From an uncultured Candidatus Saccharibacteria bacterium (GTDB lineage: Bacteria > Patescibacteriota > Saccharimonadia > Saccharimonadales > UBA4665), in the NCBI GenBank assembly GCA_937892705.1, contig CALBGR010000021.1, positions 6,572 through 70,571 on the forward strand: a stretch of DNA of 64,000 bases, read 5' to 3'. The translations under genes and the position numbers were made by a program. The notes beneath the pieces are model-generated. The model was not told where the DNA came from. It did no database searches and was given only the letters and a program-made list of their open reading frames with translations. Position 1 is the stretch's first letter. The number at the start of each line of letters is the position of its first letter. This document shows positions 9,873 through 19,651 of the stretch, in pieces.

Positions 9873-10560
9873 ATGTCACATACAAACTACTTTAATAAAA
9901 AAATCCAAAAGCTGGCGATTTATATTAAGTAGTGTAGCTACAGTAGTTGCATTCGGGTTGATTGCGTACGGTGGATGGGGATTGTGGCAGTATTGGCACA
10001 CCACTCATGACCAACCTCAAACCATTACTCAAACTGTCATTACCCATTCTACCGACACACCAAATGAAACTAACCCTACTACTGCTTGCACTAACTACAA
10101 AGTAGCCGATAACCATCCAAAGCGAATTCATATACCTGCACTTGATGTCAGTGGTTGCATCACAAAGGTGGGTGTCGACCAACATGGCGCTATTGCAGCA
10201 CCTGATAATATTTACACAGCTGGCTGGTACATAAACAGCGCATTGCCCGGCCAACCGGGCCTCAGTATTATCGATGGACACTTGAGTGGGCGTTACAAAA
10301 AAGATGCTATTTTTCAACACCTTAACAAACTCAAAAAAGGTGAAACTTTTACAGTGACGCTCGGCAATGACAAGGTACTGAAATATCAGGTATTTAATGT
10401 GAAAACCGTGTCGCTCGACAATGCAATTGACACTCTGCTAGCCAAAGATCCAAACATTTCTAGTCAGCTAAATCTCATCACGTGCGGAGGTAGCTACGAC
10501 AAGACGACACAACAATACAACCGCCGTGTTATCGTTTCAGCTAAATTACTTAGCACATAG
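9873..10560 (+). CDS. sortase family transpeptidase (N-terminal anchor in another frame; A7 run at 9897-9903)
   Basis: Catalytic His (IIDGHLSG), Cys (LNLITCGGS) and Arg (NRRVIVSA). ATG 9873 joins the TM anchor SWRFILSSVATVVAFGLIAYGGW if A7 were A6. The uninterrupted part is 9958-10560. Confidence 0.82.
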
Positions 10561-10703
10561 CTAACTCACCAGTAATATTTGTTTGCGTCCCGTACCTTCT
10601 TTTGTATCTATCAAAGAAATCTAAATAAAGCCTGCGTCTCAAAACACTCACGACAGCTTTACTGTCGCAGTGACTGATTCAAATCCTTAAGCAAAACGAA
10701 AAA

Positions 10704-10723
10704 CCTCAACCGAATGGTTGAGG
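10704..10723 (-). terminator. hairpin terminator downstream of tRNA-Arg (possibly bidirectional)
   Basis: CCTCAACC-GAAT-GGTTGAGG, with a T-run on the minus strand (TTTTTCGTTTT). Confidence 0.7.
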
Positions 10724-10731
10724 CATTTTCG

Positions 10732-10808
10732 TGGTACACCGGGAGGGATTCGAACCCCCGACCCTCTGTTCCGAAGACAGATGCTCTAATCCGCTGAGCT
10801 ACCGGTGC
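10732..10808 (-). tRNA. tRNA-Arg (anticodon TCG), CCA encoded
   Basis: Minus-strand cloverleaf: anticodon arm TCTGT-CTTCGGA-ACAGA, T arm GGGGG-TTCGAAT-CCCTC, G1-U72 acceptor. Confidence 0.92.
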
Positions 10809-10863
10809 ATACACCAACAAGCAGATAATTGACAGTCAGCAGTTATTATACAACTGTAAGGTG

Positions 10864-11403
10864 TTACTTTGCAACAAAACGCCAGAGACGGTGTATGTCT
10901 TTCGCTATACCAATGCGCTTGGTGGCCTCGTATGATAGTTGCTCTATAGGGGGTAGTAGCAAAAATTTGCCGTCATTAAGTTTTGCGCCATTGTCTTTTC
11001 CGGTCACCGCAAGCGCCTGACATACTTTAGCAGGACCACTTGTCAGTTCATGATCAGGTCGGTTATTGCGACGTTTTCGCATTATCTCTAACCCTTCATC
11101 TGGCTGAATGGCACGAATGAGCACTGCTTCACCTCGCCCTTCCTGACCAGTGACGATATTCATACACCAATGCATACCGTAGGTGAAATACACATACATA
11201 TGCCCTGCTGGTCCAAACATCACTTCAGTTCGCGGCGTTTTGCCTTTATAACTATGGCTCGCGGCATCATCTTGGTTGTATGCCTCAGTCTCAACGATTG
11301 CACCACCAACTTTCGTCCCATCTGGTTCAACGGTATACAAACGCCAACCTATAAGCTGTTGGGCGACCGTAACAGCATCTGCCGCAAGATCTAGTTTCAT
11401 CAT
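10864..11403 (-). CDS. DNA-3-methyladenine glycosylase (MPG/AAG family)
   Basis: IVETEAY ... ASHSYKGKTPRTEVMFGPAGHMYVYFTYGMHWCMN is the MPG family signature. Confidence 0.88.
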   Translation of the reverse strand: MMKLDLAADAVTVAQQLIGWRLYTVEPDGTKVGGAIVETEAYNQDDAASHSYKGKTPRTEVMFGPAGHMYVYFTYGMHWCMNIVTGQEGRGEAVLIRAIQPDEGLEIMRKRRNNRPDHELTSGPAKVCQALAVTGKDNGAKLNDGKFLLLPPIEQLSYEATKRIGIAKDIHRLWRFVAK

Positions 11404-11406
11404 TTT

Positions 11407-12399
11407 TTATTCTACAATCTTTACTTCTTCTTCAAAACGCTCTGGACTTAAGTTTCCGCCACTTACTATACAGGCAACTGTTTTATCCTTGATAAGTGGT
11501 CGGATCTTTTCTAAAGCTGCTATCGATAAAGCACCAGCCAACTCCGGACGAAACCTTTCTCCATTCTGCCACATACGAGTAACATGTCTTCGCAGCGTTT
11601 GATTATCAGGATGAACTACCATATATCTATCATGCACCTCTTCCAAAGATCGTAAAACTATACCTCCTACTTGACGAACCGCCGCGCCATCTACAAAAGT
11701 CTCTATTGTATTAAGAGGTGATTTAGAACCTTTCAGCGCATGATCGAGTGATGCAGCTCCAGCTGGCTCAGCAGCAACATACTGCAAGGCTTGACGGTGT
11801 TTTGTAGCATGAATTATGCCGCTCAACAAACCTCCGCCGCCTACTGGTGCTACCACTACATCAAGATCAGACACACGCTGATCCAGCTCCTTTCCTATTG
11901 TTCCTTGACCAGATACAACCAATGGATCATCAAATGGATGCACGAAACTATCCCATAAATCCATCTCGTCTAGGTATGCTCTTCCTTTTTCGGCTGCCTC
12001 ATCGACTGTCTGCCCGGCGAGTACTATATCTACACATTTGCCACCTAGCTTTCTTACGAGATCTACCTTAAATCTAGGTGTGCCTTCCGGCATAAATAAA
12101 CGCGCTTTTACGCCAAAATACTGTGCACAATCCGCTACTGCTGCTGCATGATTACCCGCACTAAATGCAATAACCTCATCTAAATCACTACTCTCATGAT
12201 ATGAAAACCAATTAAAGCTACCTCTGAATTTGTACGCCCCTGTTCGCTGATTCAGCTCACTCACCAACAAGACGTTTGCATCAAATGTTTCCGATAAATA
12301 CGGATCGGCCATAATTTGTGTTGGTCTTACAGCGGTATTTTGCTCAAATAATGTCTGATATGCCTGTTCTACATCTATTGTTTCTGTATGTGTACTCAT
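11407..12399 (-). CDS. PLP-dependent threonine/serine dehydratase family enzyme
   Basis: TGAYKFRGS (PLP-lysine motif S-x-K-x-RG-like), SAGNHAAAVA, GGGGLLSG glycine loop. Confidence 0.82.
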   Translation of the reverse strand: MSTHTETIDVEQAYQTLFEQNTAVRPTQIMADPYLSETFDANVLLVSELNQRTGAYKFRGSFNWFSYHESSDLDEVIAFSAGNHAAAVADCAQYFGVKARLFMPEGTPRFKVDLVRKLGGKCVDIVLAGQTVDEAAEKGRAYLDEMDLWDSFVHPFDDPLVVSGQGTIGKELDQRVSDLDVVVAPVGGGGLLSGIIHATKHRQALQYVAAEPAGAASLDHALKGSKSPLNTIETFVDGAAVRQVGGIVLRSLEEVHDRYMVVHPDNQTLRRHVTRMWQNGERFRPELAGALSIAALEKIRPLIKDKTVACIVSGGNLSPERFEEEVKIVE

Positions 12400-12426
12400 C
12401 TCTACTCCTTATCACCCAAAAAGAAA

Positions 12427-12448
12427 AGCCCCCGGATTTCCGGGGGCT
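12427..12448 (-). terminator. rho-independent terminator after the tRNA-Gly/tRNA-Arg pair
   Basis: 9-bp GC stem AGCCCCCGG/CCGGGGGCT with loop ATTT. T-rich tract on the minus strand. Confidence 0.8.
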
Positions 12449-12587
12449 TGCAGTTTATTACAATTTCAATAACTAATAAGCAACACCCCCGTGCGGGAGA
12501 ATAATAATGTTGCTCATAATAATGTTGCTGAATTGCATACCTAGTCTGTAAATATAGAACTTTATAAAACAACTGTCCAATGCAACG

Positions 12588-12664
12588 TGGTACCCCGGGT
12601 AGGACTCGAACCTACAACCAACGGGTTAGAACTCCGTGACTCTATCCAATTGAGCTACCGGGGC
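12588..12664 (-). tRNA. tRNA-Arg (anticodon TCT), CCA encoded
   Basis: Acceptor GCCCCGG/CCGGGGT, loop containing TTCTAA. The anticodon stem has an A-C mismatch at the loop-closing pair. Confidence 0.85.
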
Positions 12665-12688
12665 ACATCACTGTAGCTCTCGATGATT

Positions 12689-12763
12689 TGGTGCGGGTGG
12701 CGGGAATCGAACCCGCATCTCCAGCTTGGAAGGCTGGCATAATAGCCTTTATACAACACCCGC
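12689..12763 (-). tRNA. tRNA-Gly (anticodon TCC), CCA encoded
   Basis: Acceptor GCGGGTG/CACCCGC, anticodon arm CCAGC-CTTCCAA-GCTGG, T arm GCGGG-TTCGATT-CCCGC. Confidence 0.93.
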
Positions 12764-12786
12764 TAATCACCAAGTATTATAACAGA

Positions 12787-14307
12787 TTACAATTCGTGGT
12801 ATACGGTAATTTGTGCACCAATAGAATTCAACCGTTCAGCCAGGTCTTCGTATCCCCTGTTAATAGTATAAACATTACGCAGCGTACTTGTACCTTTTGC
12901 AGCCAACATGCCGATCAGCAGTAGGCTTGCAGGGCGAAGCGCTGGCGGACAAAATACATCATTACGCTTAAAGGTTGTAGGGCCATCGATATATATACGA
13001 TGAGGGTCTACTAGCTCTACATTCATACCAATTTTAGTCATTTCTGTATAGTAAATAGCCCGATTTTCAAACATCCAGTCGTGAATTAAGGTACGACCAT
13101 GTGCCACCCCACAAATTGGCACAAAATACGGTATATTGTCAGGATTTATACCTGGCCAGAGATTTGGATGGAGCTTTTCAACTGGCGCCTTAAGAGTGCC
13201 ATTATGCTTGTAAATGGTGATATCTGCCAGCTCTGTCACACCATTATCTGATGGATAGGTTTTACTAACATCATATTGAAGCCCCATTTTCTTCAACTTC
13301 AACAGCTCAAGCCCAATCCAGTAAACAGGTACTCGCTCAATAGTAAGCTGAGAGTTTGTAGTAACTGCAGCAGAAATAAAGAACATCGCCTCAATCGGAT
13401 CTTCAGTAGGCGCAAAAGTAATATTCTTCTTTATATGCCTTACTCCAGTCACTCTAAGAACCGGCGAGCCAATACCTTCGATCTTCACCCCAAGCTTTTG
13501 TAAGAACTTACAAAGGTCTTGCACCATATAGTCTGCACTTGCACTCTGAATCACCGTCTCCTCTGGAGTGCGTGCAGCAGCCATAAGCGCATTATTGGTG
13601 ACTGTATTACCCTGTTCATACAGCACCACATGGCCTGCTGGTTTTTTATCAACTGTCACATCGTAGTGTCCGCTTTTAGCAACAACGTTGACGCCAAACT
13701 GTTCAAGCGCAAACAAATGTGGCGTCACCGTACGGGTACCCAACTTGCATCCACCAGCATACGGTATGCTGAATTCTCTGTAATCATGCATGAGTGAACC
13801 AAGTAGCATGAGTACACTCCGCGTTTTGCGTGCTGAAGCAGCATTCATGTTATCAAGCTTCAACTCTTGTGGTCTTCGGATTTCTAAATCGTTATTCTCA
13901 TACCACTTAACTTTTACGCCAATACTTTCGAGCACCTCAATAATACGGTTAACTTCTTCAATGCGAGGAAATCCTTTAAAACGAGTTACGCCATAGTTAA
14001 GCAAGCTTGCACAAAGCAGCGCTACTGCGGCATTTTTACTACGTTTGAGCGTTATACTTCCATGCAGCTCATGACCACCCTCTATCCGCAAATTAATACT
14101 TTTATCACCAATGCTGATAATCTGCTTATTGAGCGCATCACTTACCCGAGCAAGTGTTTCTATACTTAAATTCTGCTTGCCTTTTTCAATACGATTCACT
14201 GCTGACTGACTAGTGCCCAAACGTTTTGCAAACTCTGCCTGAGTAAGTCCACGCTCTTGCCTTACTTGAGCTATTAGCTGACCAATTTTTTCATTTGCCG
14301 CTGACAT
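12787..14307 (-). CDS. murA: UDP-N-acetylglucosamine 1-carboxyvinyltransferase with N-terminal XRE-type HTH domain
   Basis: Residues 1-65 are a canonical HTH_XRE (LTQAEFAKRLGTSQSAVNRIEKGKQNLSIETL). The rest is MurA/EPSP-synthase fold, with the active-site Cys loop YAGGCKLGTRTV. Confidence 0.87.
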   Translation of the reverse strand: MSAANEKIGQLIAQVRQERGLTQAEFAKRLGTSQSAVNRIEKGKQNLSIETLARVSDALNKQIISIGDKSINLRIEGGHELHGSITLKRSKNAAVALLCASLLNYGVTRFKGFPRIEEVNRIIEVLESIGVKVKWYENNDLEIRRPQELKLDNMNAASARKTRSVLMLLGSLMHDYREFSIPYAGGCKLGTRTVTPHLFALEQFGVNVVAKSGHYDVTVDKKPAGHVVLYEQGNTVTNNALMAAARTPEETVIQSASADYMVQDLCKFLQKLGVKIEGIGSPVLRVTGVRHIKKNITFAPTEDPIEAMFFISAAVTTNSQLTIERVPVYWIGLELLKLKKMGLQYDVSKTYPSDNGVTELADITIYKHNGTLKAPVEKLHPNLWPGINPDNIPYFVPICGVAHGRTLIHDWMFENRAIYYTEMTKIGMNVELVDPHRIYIDGPTTFKRNDVFCPPALRPASLLLIGMLAAKGTSTLRNVYTINRGYEDLAERLNSIGAQITVYHEL

Positions 14308-14481
14308 AACTAGATAAATATACCATATGTGATATTAAATTTCTATTTTTATTTTTACTTTGCTGCTAATTAGTATAGTCTTCCTTCGTCCAAATTGCTA
14401 TACTGAATTTATGATTTAGCTACTCTCGCCCTACTCCTGTATACTTTGGTAAACTATTCATTGACTTTTTGGAGGCGAGAC

Positions 14482-15759
14482 ATGGATGATAGGCAAATTG
14501 CAGACCTAATTGCAGCAGAAGAACAACGACAACGTGAAGGGTTAGAGTTAATTCCAAGCGAAAACTACGTAAGCCGTGATGTGCTCACAGCAATGGGGAG
14601 CGTATTTACAAACAAGTATTCCGAAGGGTACCCTGGCAAACGCTACTACGGCGGCCAAGAAGTGACAGATCAATTAGAAACCATTGCTATTGAGCGCGCA
14701 AAGAAACTTTTTGGTGCAGATCATGCTAATGTACAACCGCATTCTGGCGCACAAGCAAACGAAGCCGTGTACCATGCATGGTGCGAACCAGGTGACACAA
14801 TACTTGCCATGGATTTAAGTCATGGTGGTCATCTTACCCATGGGGCGCCTGTAACTGTATTGGCACGAAACTACAATTTCATACGCTATGGCATGAAAAA
14901 TATTGAAACAGGCGAAATTGACTACGACGAATTAAGAGATCTCGCCCTCAAACACAAACCAAAGATTATCCTTGCGGGGTTTAGCGCATATCCCCGAGAA
15001 CTAGACTATGCTAAATTTGCTGAAATCGGTAACGAAGTAGGCGCACTGCTAGTAGCTGATATGGCGCATATTGCCGGCTTAATAGCGGGCGGTGTTGCAA
15101 AAAATCCGTTTGATTATGGATTTCACGTCATAACAACCACTACCCACAAAACTCTACGCGGACCACGTGGCGGGCTTATTTTAAGCAAAGGTGTAGTAGG
15201 CAATCCATTGAAAGCACCCGAAAAAACTATTGAGAATATCCCTACTCTTATTGACCGTACTGTCTTTCCAGGTGTTCAAGGTGGACCATTAATGCATGTG
15301 ATTGCAGCAAAGGCCGTTGCTTTCGGTGAAGCATTGCAGCCAGCATTTAAAACCTACGCTGCACAAGTTCTGAAAAACGCAAGCAAACTTGCAACAGAAT
15401 TGCAAAATCACAATTTCAAACTTATCACTGGTGGTACAAGCAATCACCTTATCCTTGCCAACGTACAGGAAAGCTTCGGCCTGCATGGCGGTATCGTAGA
15501 AGAAGCTTTAGATAAAATCGGTCTAACACTAAACAAAAATACAGTTGCCGATGATCCGCTGCCACCATTCCGACCAAGCGGTATTCGTTTAGGAACCCCA
15601 GCTATCACTACCCGTGGTCTTGTTGAAGAAGACATGGTAACAATAGCCAATTGGATGAAGGAAGCTATTGACGCACGTGAAGACGAAACAAAGCTCAAGG
15701 AATTGCGCAAACAAGTAAAAGAGTTTGCCCTGCAATATCCGTTACCTAGCGATAACTGA
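14482..15759 (+). CDS. glyA: serine hydroxymethyltransferase
   Basis: LELIPSENYVS, TTTTHKTLRGPRGG (PLP-Lys). Start moved to ATG 14482, 6 nt after GGAGG (the track's TTG 14446 is less likely). Confidence 0.95.
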   Translation: MDDRQIADLIAAEEQRQREGLELIPSENYVSRDVLTAMGSVFTNKYSEGYPGKRYYGGQEVTDQLETIAIERAKKLFGADHANVQPHSGAQANEAVYHAWCEPGDTILAMDLSHGGHLTHGAPVTVLARNYNFIRYGMKNIETGEIDYDELRDLALKHKPKIILAGFSAYPRELDYAKFAEIGNEVGALLVADMAHIAGLIAGGVAKNPFDYGFHVITTTTHKTLRGPRGGLILSKGVVGNPLKAPEKTIENIPTLIDRTVFPGVQGGPLMHVIAAKAVAFGEALQPAFKTYAAQVLKNASKLATELQNHNFKLITGGTSNHLILANVQESFGLHGGIVEEALDKIGLTLNKNTVADDPLPPFRPSGIRLGTPAITTRGLVEEDMVTIANWMKEAIDAREDETKLKELRKQVKEFALQYPLPSDN

Positions 15760-15761
15760 CT

Positions 15762-16877
15762 CTAAAATGACGGATTTAGTGTACTGAGATCCAAATCACT
15801 TTCTGCGGTTTTCGTCTGCCCAACTGGTCCGTTTTGCTCATTGCTATTTGGCAAAATTTCCGGCTCTTGCTTGAGTGTAACCTCGAATTTCTTTTGCACA
15901 GCGTCTACAATTTTTTGCTTAAATGCAAGAAGTTGCTGCGACGAAGTTGCTTTTTCATTTACCAACACTAAAGGTTGCTTAGCCCAAGTAGCCATACCTG
16001 TTTCTGGGTCGTGATGGTCTTTAAATCCTGCCTTTTCGATCAACCATGCTGCCGATAATTTTATGCCTCTTCCTCCGTCCAAGCGCCAAAAAACAACGTC
16101 TGGATATGCAGACTGTATTTGCACAAAAGTTCCTTCATCTACAATTGGGTTTGAGAAAAATGAACCATTGTTTGCTACTTTTTTAGGGTCAGGAAGTTTT
16201 TCTGAGCGAATCTTTATGACAGCATCACGAATAATCTGAGGTGTAAATTCTGTAATACCTTGATCCTTCAGATAACGCTCAAGCGCCTGATAAAACGGAG
16301 GTTCGGGATTTTTCTTCTGTAAATGCAAGGTAATCGCAATTATAAAGTACCTTCCATGATCTACAGTTTTGAGTCTGCTTGTTCTATAGCCAAATTCTAA
16401 GTCATATTTAGAAAGAAAAGTAATGGATTTAGCCTGACGGTCGTACACCTCTGCACTTACAAACACATCAGCTATCTCTTGTCCGTAAGCGCCCACATTC
16501 TGCACAGGTGTAGCACCTGCAGTACCTGGTATCCAACTCAAAGCTTCAATCCCTGTAAGACCCGCTTCTACACTCCGCTGAACAACTGAGTCCCAATTTT
16601 CACCACTGCCAACCGTAATAAACACATCCCCACCATCTCGTTCTATTACTTCGTAGCGCTTGATTTTACTGACAATCAACAAACCATCAAACCCTTCGTC
16701 TCGCCATACGATATTACTACCATCACCTATCATAATAGCTGGCAAATTTTGCTCATCTGCCCATGTTAATGCGTCAAGCAACTCTTCTTTGGTACTGACT
16801 TCGACCACATATCGCACTGTACCTCCAAGCCGCATGGTAGAGTAATCCTTTAGCGACACATTTTCGAGCCTGTTCAT
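15762..16877 (-). CDS. murB: UDP-N-acetylenolpyruvoylglucosamine reductase with C-terminal extension
   Basis: YSTMRLGGT, IGDGSNIV, GAYGQE, FFSNP motifs. About 60 extra C-terminal residues. Confidence 0.9.
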   Translation of the reverse strand: MNRLENVSLKDYSTMRLGGTVRYVVEVSTKEELLDALTWADEQNLPAIMIGDGSNIVWRDEGFDGLLIVSKIKRYEVIERDGGDVFITVGSGENWDSVVQRSVEAGLTGIEALSWIPGTAGATPVQNVGAYGQEIADVFVSAEVYDRQAKSITFLSKYDLEFGYRTSRLKTVDHGRYFIIAITLHLQKKNPEPPFYQALERYLKDQGITEFTPQIIRDAVIKIRSEKLPDPKKVANNGSFFSNPIVDEGTFVQIQSAYPDVVFWRLDGGRGIKLSAAWLIEKAGFKDHHDPETGMATWAKQPLVLVNEKATSSQQLLAFKQKIVDAVQKKFEVTLKQEPEILPNSNEQNGPVGQTKTAESDLDLSTLNPSF

Positions 16878-16938
16878 GCTATATATAGTACACCTCTTTG
16901 CACTTGCATCCTATACCTAACAGAGGTACCATGAGTAT

Positions 16939-17493
16939 ATGGGCGATCAATCGGAGTTTAGACCATTTGTCGATTTAGGCGAGAAACTAAAGCGCATACG
17001 TCAGCAGCAAAAAGAATCGCTCGCTGAAGCAGCAGGCGCTGTAGAGCTCGCAGAAGATGAGTTATTGCGCATTGAGCAAGGCTACGAAAGGCCAAGCGAA
17101 GAAATCCTGATGTTGCTTATTAAGCATTTTGCTATGCAAGAGGATGAGGCTGTACAGCTATGGGAAATGGCTGGCTATGACAAACTTGAAGCCGAGGAAG
17201 ATGATGCGCCTGATACGCAAGGAACAAAATCAATTGTTATGACTATCGCTTTTGATCCACGAGTGATGTATAGCGACAGCGTACATATCAGTGGCAACCA
17301 GCACGGACTCGTGTTTACTTTTCTTCAGCCTGGCGGCGGTCAAATGCCCCCATTACCAATTGCTCGTATTGGTATGAGCCGTGATCAAGCTCAAAAGATG
17401 ATGGAGCTACTAAAAGATACTTTAGATCAGCTCAATAAAGCTACCGACGCTAAAAAACTACCGCCTAAATCCAAGTCTGACGAACAATCCTAG
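16939..17493 (+). CDS. XRE-family HTH protein with uncharacterised C-terminal domain
   Basis: LGEKLKRIRQQQKESLAEAAGAVELAEDELLRIEQG is HTH_XRE-like. Confidence 0.7.
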   Translation: MGDQSEFRPFVDLGEKLKRIRQQQKESLAEAAGAVELAEDELLRIEQGYERPSEEILMLLIKHFAMQEDEAVQLWEMAGYDKLEAEEDDAPDTQGTKSIVMTIAFDPRVMYSDSVHISGNQHGLVFTFLQPGGGQMPPLPIARIGMSRDQAQKMMELLKDTLDQLNKATDAKKLPPKSKSDEQS

Positions 17494-17556
17494 CTTATCG
17501 AGATATTGCCATTGTATTTTTGCACAATAACAGATATAATGGCATGGTTAGTTTAT

Positions 17557-17634
17557 GGCGAATGTAGCTCAGTTGGTTAGAGCGTCTGTTTGTGGCACAG
17601 AAGGTCGTGGGTTCAAGTCCCATCATTCGCCCCA
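17557..17634 (+). tRNA. tRNA-His (anticodon GTG) with encoded G-1 and CCA
   Basis: Extra 5' G opposite discriminator C. Anticodon arm TCTGT-TTGTGGC-ACAGA. Confidence 0.94.
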
Positions 17635-17652
17635 AATCCAAACACACTTAGT

Positions 17653-17680
17653 AATGACCCCTTGTGGTCATTTTTTATTT
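17653..17680 (+). terminator. rho-independent terminator after tRNA-His
   Basis: AATGACC-CCTTGT-GGTCATT followed by a T-run. Confidence 0.75.
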
Positions 17681-17773
17681 TGGCAAACTGAAAAAGTTTG
17701 CATTTTATAAAACAAGACTCATAAATACCTGCTCTGATATAATACTTTTTTGAAAGAAGCAAAAAGGAGACTT

Positions 17774-19651
17774 ATGAAAAAGCTTGTACGGTTTGTACGT
17801 GCATATAAATTATTTAGTTTTGCGCTTATTGCGAGCATAGTAGCACTTGGTTTAGATCTAGGCGGCCTTGATACAATCACACATTGGATACTTGGCATTT
17901 TGAGTGTTGCGGTGTTGCTGCCGCTTCTGTACGGCATGATTCAAGACATTCGTGACGGCACCTACGGCGTAGATATTTTAGCCGCAACCGCTATCGGTAC
18001 TGCAGTTATCATGCATGAATATTGGACAGCTGCGGTTATTATCTTGATGCTTACAGGCGGTGAAGCATTGGAACAGTATGCTGACCATCGAGCAAAAACA
18101 GAACTTGAAGCACTACTACATCAAGCGCCACAAAAAGCACATGTCATTCGTGGTCGTAAAGAAATTGACGTAAAAGCAAGCCAAGTTGTTAAAGGAGATA
18201 AATTAATTATCCGTCCTGGTGAACTTGTACCAGTTGATGCAGTTGTTTTGGAGGGTGTCGGCAGCTTTGACGAATCAAGCTTGACTGGCGAAAGCATGCC
18301 ACAAACTAAAAATCCAGGTGATGAGATTTTTAGCGGTACTGTAAATGTTGATGGTGCAATAACCGTTCGTGCACTTCGTCCCGCAGCTGAAAGTCAATAC
18401 GAACAGATTATTAAATTAGTAAAAAACGCCACCGCAAGTCGCGCACCATTTGTGCGTATGGCCGATAGATATGCAGTACCATTTACTATCGCTGCATATG
18501 TAATTGGTATTGGCGCATGGATGATTAGCGGTGACTCACTCCGCTTCCTGCAAGTACTGGTAGTAGCCACACCTTGCCCATTGATTTTAGCGGCACCAAT
18601 TGCAATTATTTCCGGCATGAGTCGAGCCGCAAAGCACGGTATTATTATCAAAAATGGCGGCGCTTTGGAGCGCCTAGCACAAGCTAAGACTTTTGCTTTT
18701 GACAAGACTGGAACATTGACTCGCGGTGAACTGTCAGTTGATAAAGTAAAGACGTTCAATAAACACCGAATCAAAGATGTCATTAGCCTTGCAGCTGCTT
18801 TAGAACATAATTCCAACCATGTGGTTGCTCAAGCTATTGTTCGTTATGCCAAAGACAAGAAAATCTCATATACAAAAGCAAAACGTGTAAAAGAATTTGC
18901 AGGCCTTGGACTCAAGGCGCATGTTGGTGGTCAAGACGTCTTAGTTGGCCGCGAACAACTCATGAAAGATCAAGATGTAACCTTTCCTAAAAGTTTTAAG
19001 TTCAATACCGGCAAGCAATCTGCAACATATGTAGCCGTCGATGGAAGCTTGGTTGGTATCATTAGCTTTACCGATGAAATTCGCGCAGAAAGCGCTCTTA
19101 CTATCAAGCGTCTAAAGCAAGCTGGTGTTAAACATCTCATGATGATAACCGGTGACAATAAGCAGACAGCTCGTGCAGTTGCTAAATCACTTGGTATTAA
19201 AAATGTTGTTGCTGAAGCGCTGCCAGCAGACAAGTTACATACACTCACCAGCCTGCCAAAAGACAAACATCCAACAGCTTTCATTGGCGATGGTATTAAT
19301 GATGCCCCGGTACTAACTGCGAGTGATGTTGGTATTGCACTTGGTGCACGAGGTGCTGCTGCAGCAGCTGAATCTGCAGATGTCGTAATTATGCTTGATG
19401 ACGTCGAGCGTGTTGCTGTAAGTCGTGAAATTGCAAACCGAACGTTCTTTATCGCAAAGCAAAGTATCTTGGTAGGTATTGGGCTAAGTGTAGTGCTTAT
19501 GGGTATTTTTGCAACCGGCATGTTTAAGCCAATTTATGGTGCACTCGCACAAGAAGTCATAGACATCATAGTAATTGTGAATGCATTACGTGCACATGGT
19601 AGTTTCAAAAACCAACACAAACTACCACCAAGCAACAAACAGCTGAGCTAG
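17774..19651 (+). CDS. heavy-metal-translocating P1B-type ATPase without N-terminal metal-binding domain
   Basis: DKTGTLT, TGDN, GDGINDAP. The TM6 motif is TPCP rather than CPC. Start set at ATG 17774 after AAGGAG. Confidence 0.9.
   Translation: MKKLVRFVRAYKLFSFALIASIVALGLDLGGLDTITHWILGILSVAVLLPLLYGMIQDIRDGTYGVDILAATAIGTAVIMHEYWTAAVIILMLTGGEALEQYADHRAKTELEALLHQAPQKAHVIRGRKEIDVKASQVVKGDKLIIRPGELVPVDAVVLEGVGSFDESSLTGESMPQTKNPGDEIFSGTVNVDGAITVRALRPAAESQYEQIIKLVKNATASRAPFVRMADRYAVPFTIAAYVIGIGAWMISGDSLRFLQVLVVATPCPLILAAPIAIISGMSRAAKHGIIIKNGGALERLAQAKTFAFDKTGTLTRGELSVDKVKTFNKHRIKDVISLAAALEHNSNHVVAQAIVRYAKDKKISYTKAKRVKEFAGLGLKAHVGGQDVLVGREQLMKDQDVTFPKSFKFNTGKQSATYVAVDGSLVGIISFTDEIRAESALTIKRLKQAGVKHLMMITGDNKQTARAVAKSLGIKNVVAEALPADKLHTLTSLPKDKHPTAFIGDGINDAPVLTASDVGIALGARGAAAAAESADVVIMLDDVERVAVSREIANRTFFIAKQSILVGIGLSVVLMGIFATGMFKPIYGALAQEVIDIIVIVNALRAHGSFKNQHKLPPSNKQLS

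Noticed and set aside
12688-12924. 78-aa plus-strand ORF.
   Set aside because: It is the antisense reading of tRNA-Gly and of the 3' end of the HTH-murA gene. It is an artefact.
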